Part shown: positions 63,963 through 64,000 of the stretch, piece by piece
Layout: every line of letters begins with the position of its first letter
Numbering within the stretch: the stretch's first letter is position 1
Origin: Deltaproteobacteria bacterium
GTDB lineage: Bacteria; UBA10199; JACPAL01; JAHFST01
Assembly: GCA_023265625.1 (NCBI GenBank)
Contig: JAHFST010000001.1
Location: forward strand, 97,265 to 161,264
Reading direction: 5' to 3'
DNA length: 64,000 bases
Translations under genes and position numbers: made by a program
Notes under the pieces: generated by a model
What the model was told of the DNA's origin: nothing
The model's input: only the letters and a program-made list of their open reading frames with translations
The model's database searches: none

Positions 63963-64000
63963 GCGATCATCCCAATCGTTACTGCACCGGTTGCACCAAT

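Noticed and set aside
1-64000. tRNA, rRNA, transposase, integrase or phage genes
   Set aside because: No cloverleaf-capable intergenic segments were found. No DDE or tyrosine recombinase signatures appear in any long ORF.

Overview
This 64-kb window holds three blocks on an otherwise ordinary bacterial chromosome (roughly 55% GC by eye).

- **1..14452, + strand:** a compact, largely translationally coupled type IV pilus / type II secretion-like operon. It encodes a PilB/GspE ATPase (5' end beyond the window), PilC, a major pilin, three minor (pseudo)pilins and two tandem PilX-like paralogs. These are followed by an ExeA/GspA/MshM-like ATPase with a TPR membrane partner, PilM-PilN-PilO, a PilQ secretin and a coupled Slt-type lytic transglycosylase.
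- **14.4-24.6 kb:** housekeeping and accessory genes. These include a vapBC toxin-antitoxin pair with a palindromic operator, an MBL hydrolase, ispH, queA, a SpoIID/LytB homolog, a GAF-GGDEF cyclase and a family-4 UDG. A secreted Zn-phospholipase-C-like protein and a DUF4143 AAA ATPase lie next to the giant gene.
- **24600..60866, - strand:** one uninterrupted 36,267-nt ORF encoding a 12,088-aa secreted protein. It has a TTG start preceded by a textbook sigma-54 (-24/-12) promoter and a ribosome-binding site.

The giant protein has a clear super-repeat grammar. Seven cysteine-rich 'knots' (CxxxxDCxxGxxC repeats), alternately fused to thrombospondin type-3 calcium-binding repeat clusters, recur every ~5.3 kb. 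Each of the six super-repeats between knots contains an A-type cohesin-like module, Ig-like sandwiches, a B-type cohesin-like module and a two-segment dockerin-like calcium-binding module. The C-terminus carries a right-handed beta-helix domain ending in DLGAYE, a Q-rich coiled segment and a Pro/Thr-rich tail.

The far right end carries split, coupled coaC/coaB genes and a 541-aa HExxH-containing hypothetical. No rRNA, tRNA, CRISPR array or mobile element was seen.

The headline finding is the giant cohesin/dockerin/TSP3 mega-protein. It sits about 10 kb from, and may be functionally linked to, the T4P/T2SS-like machinery, the lytic transglycosylase and the phospholipase-like gene. I infer, without being able to test it here, a predatory or adhesive surface system.
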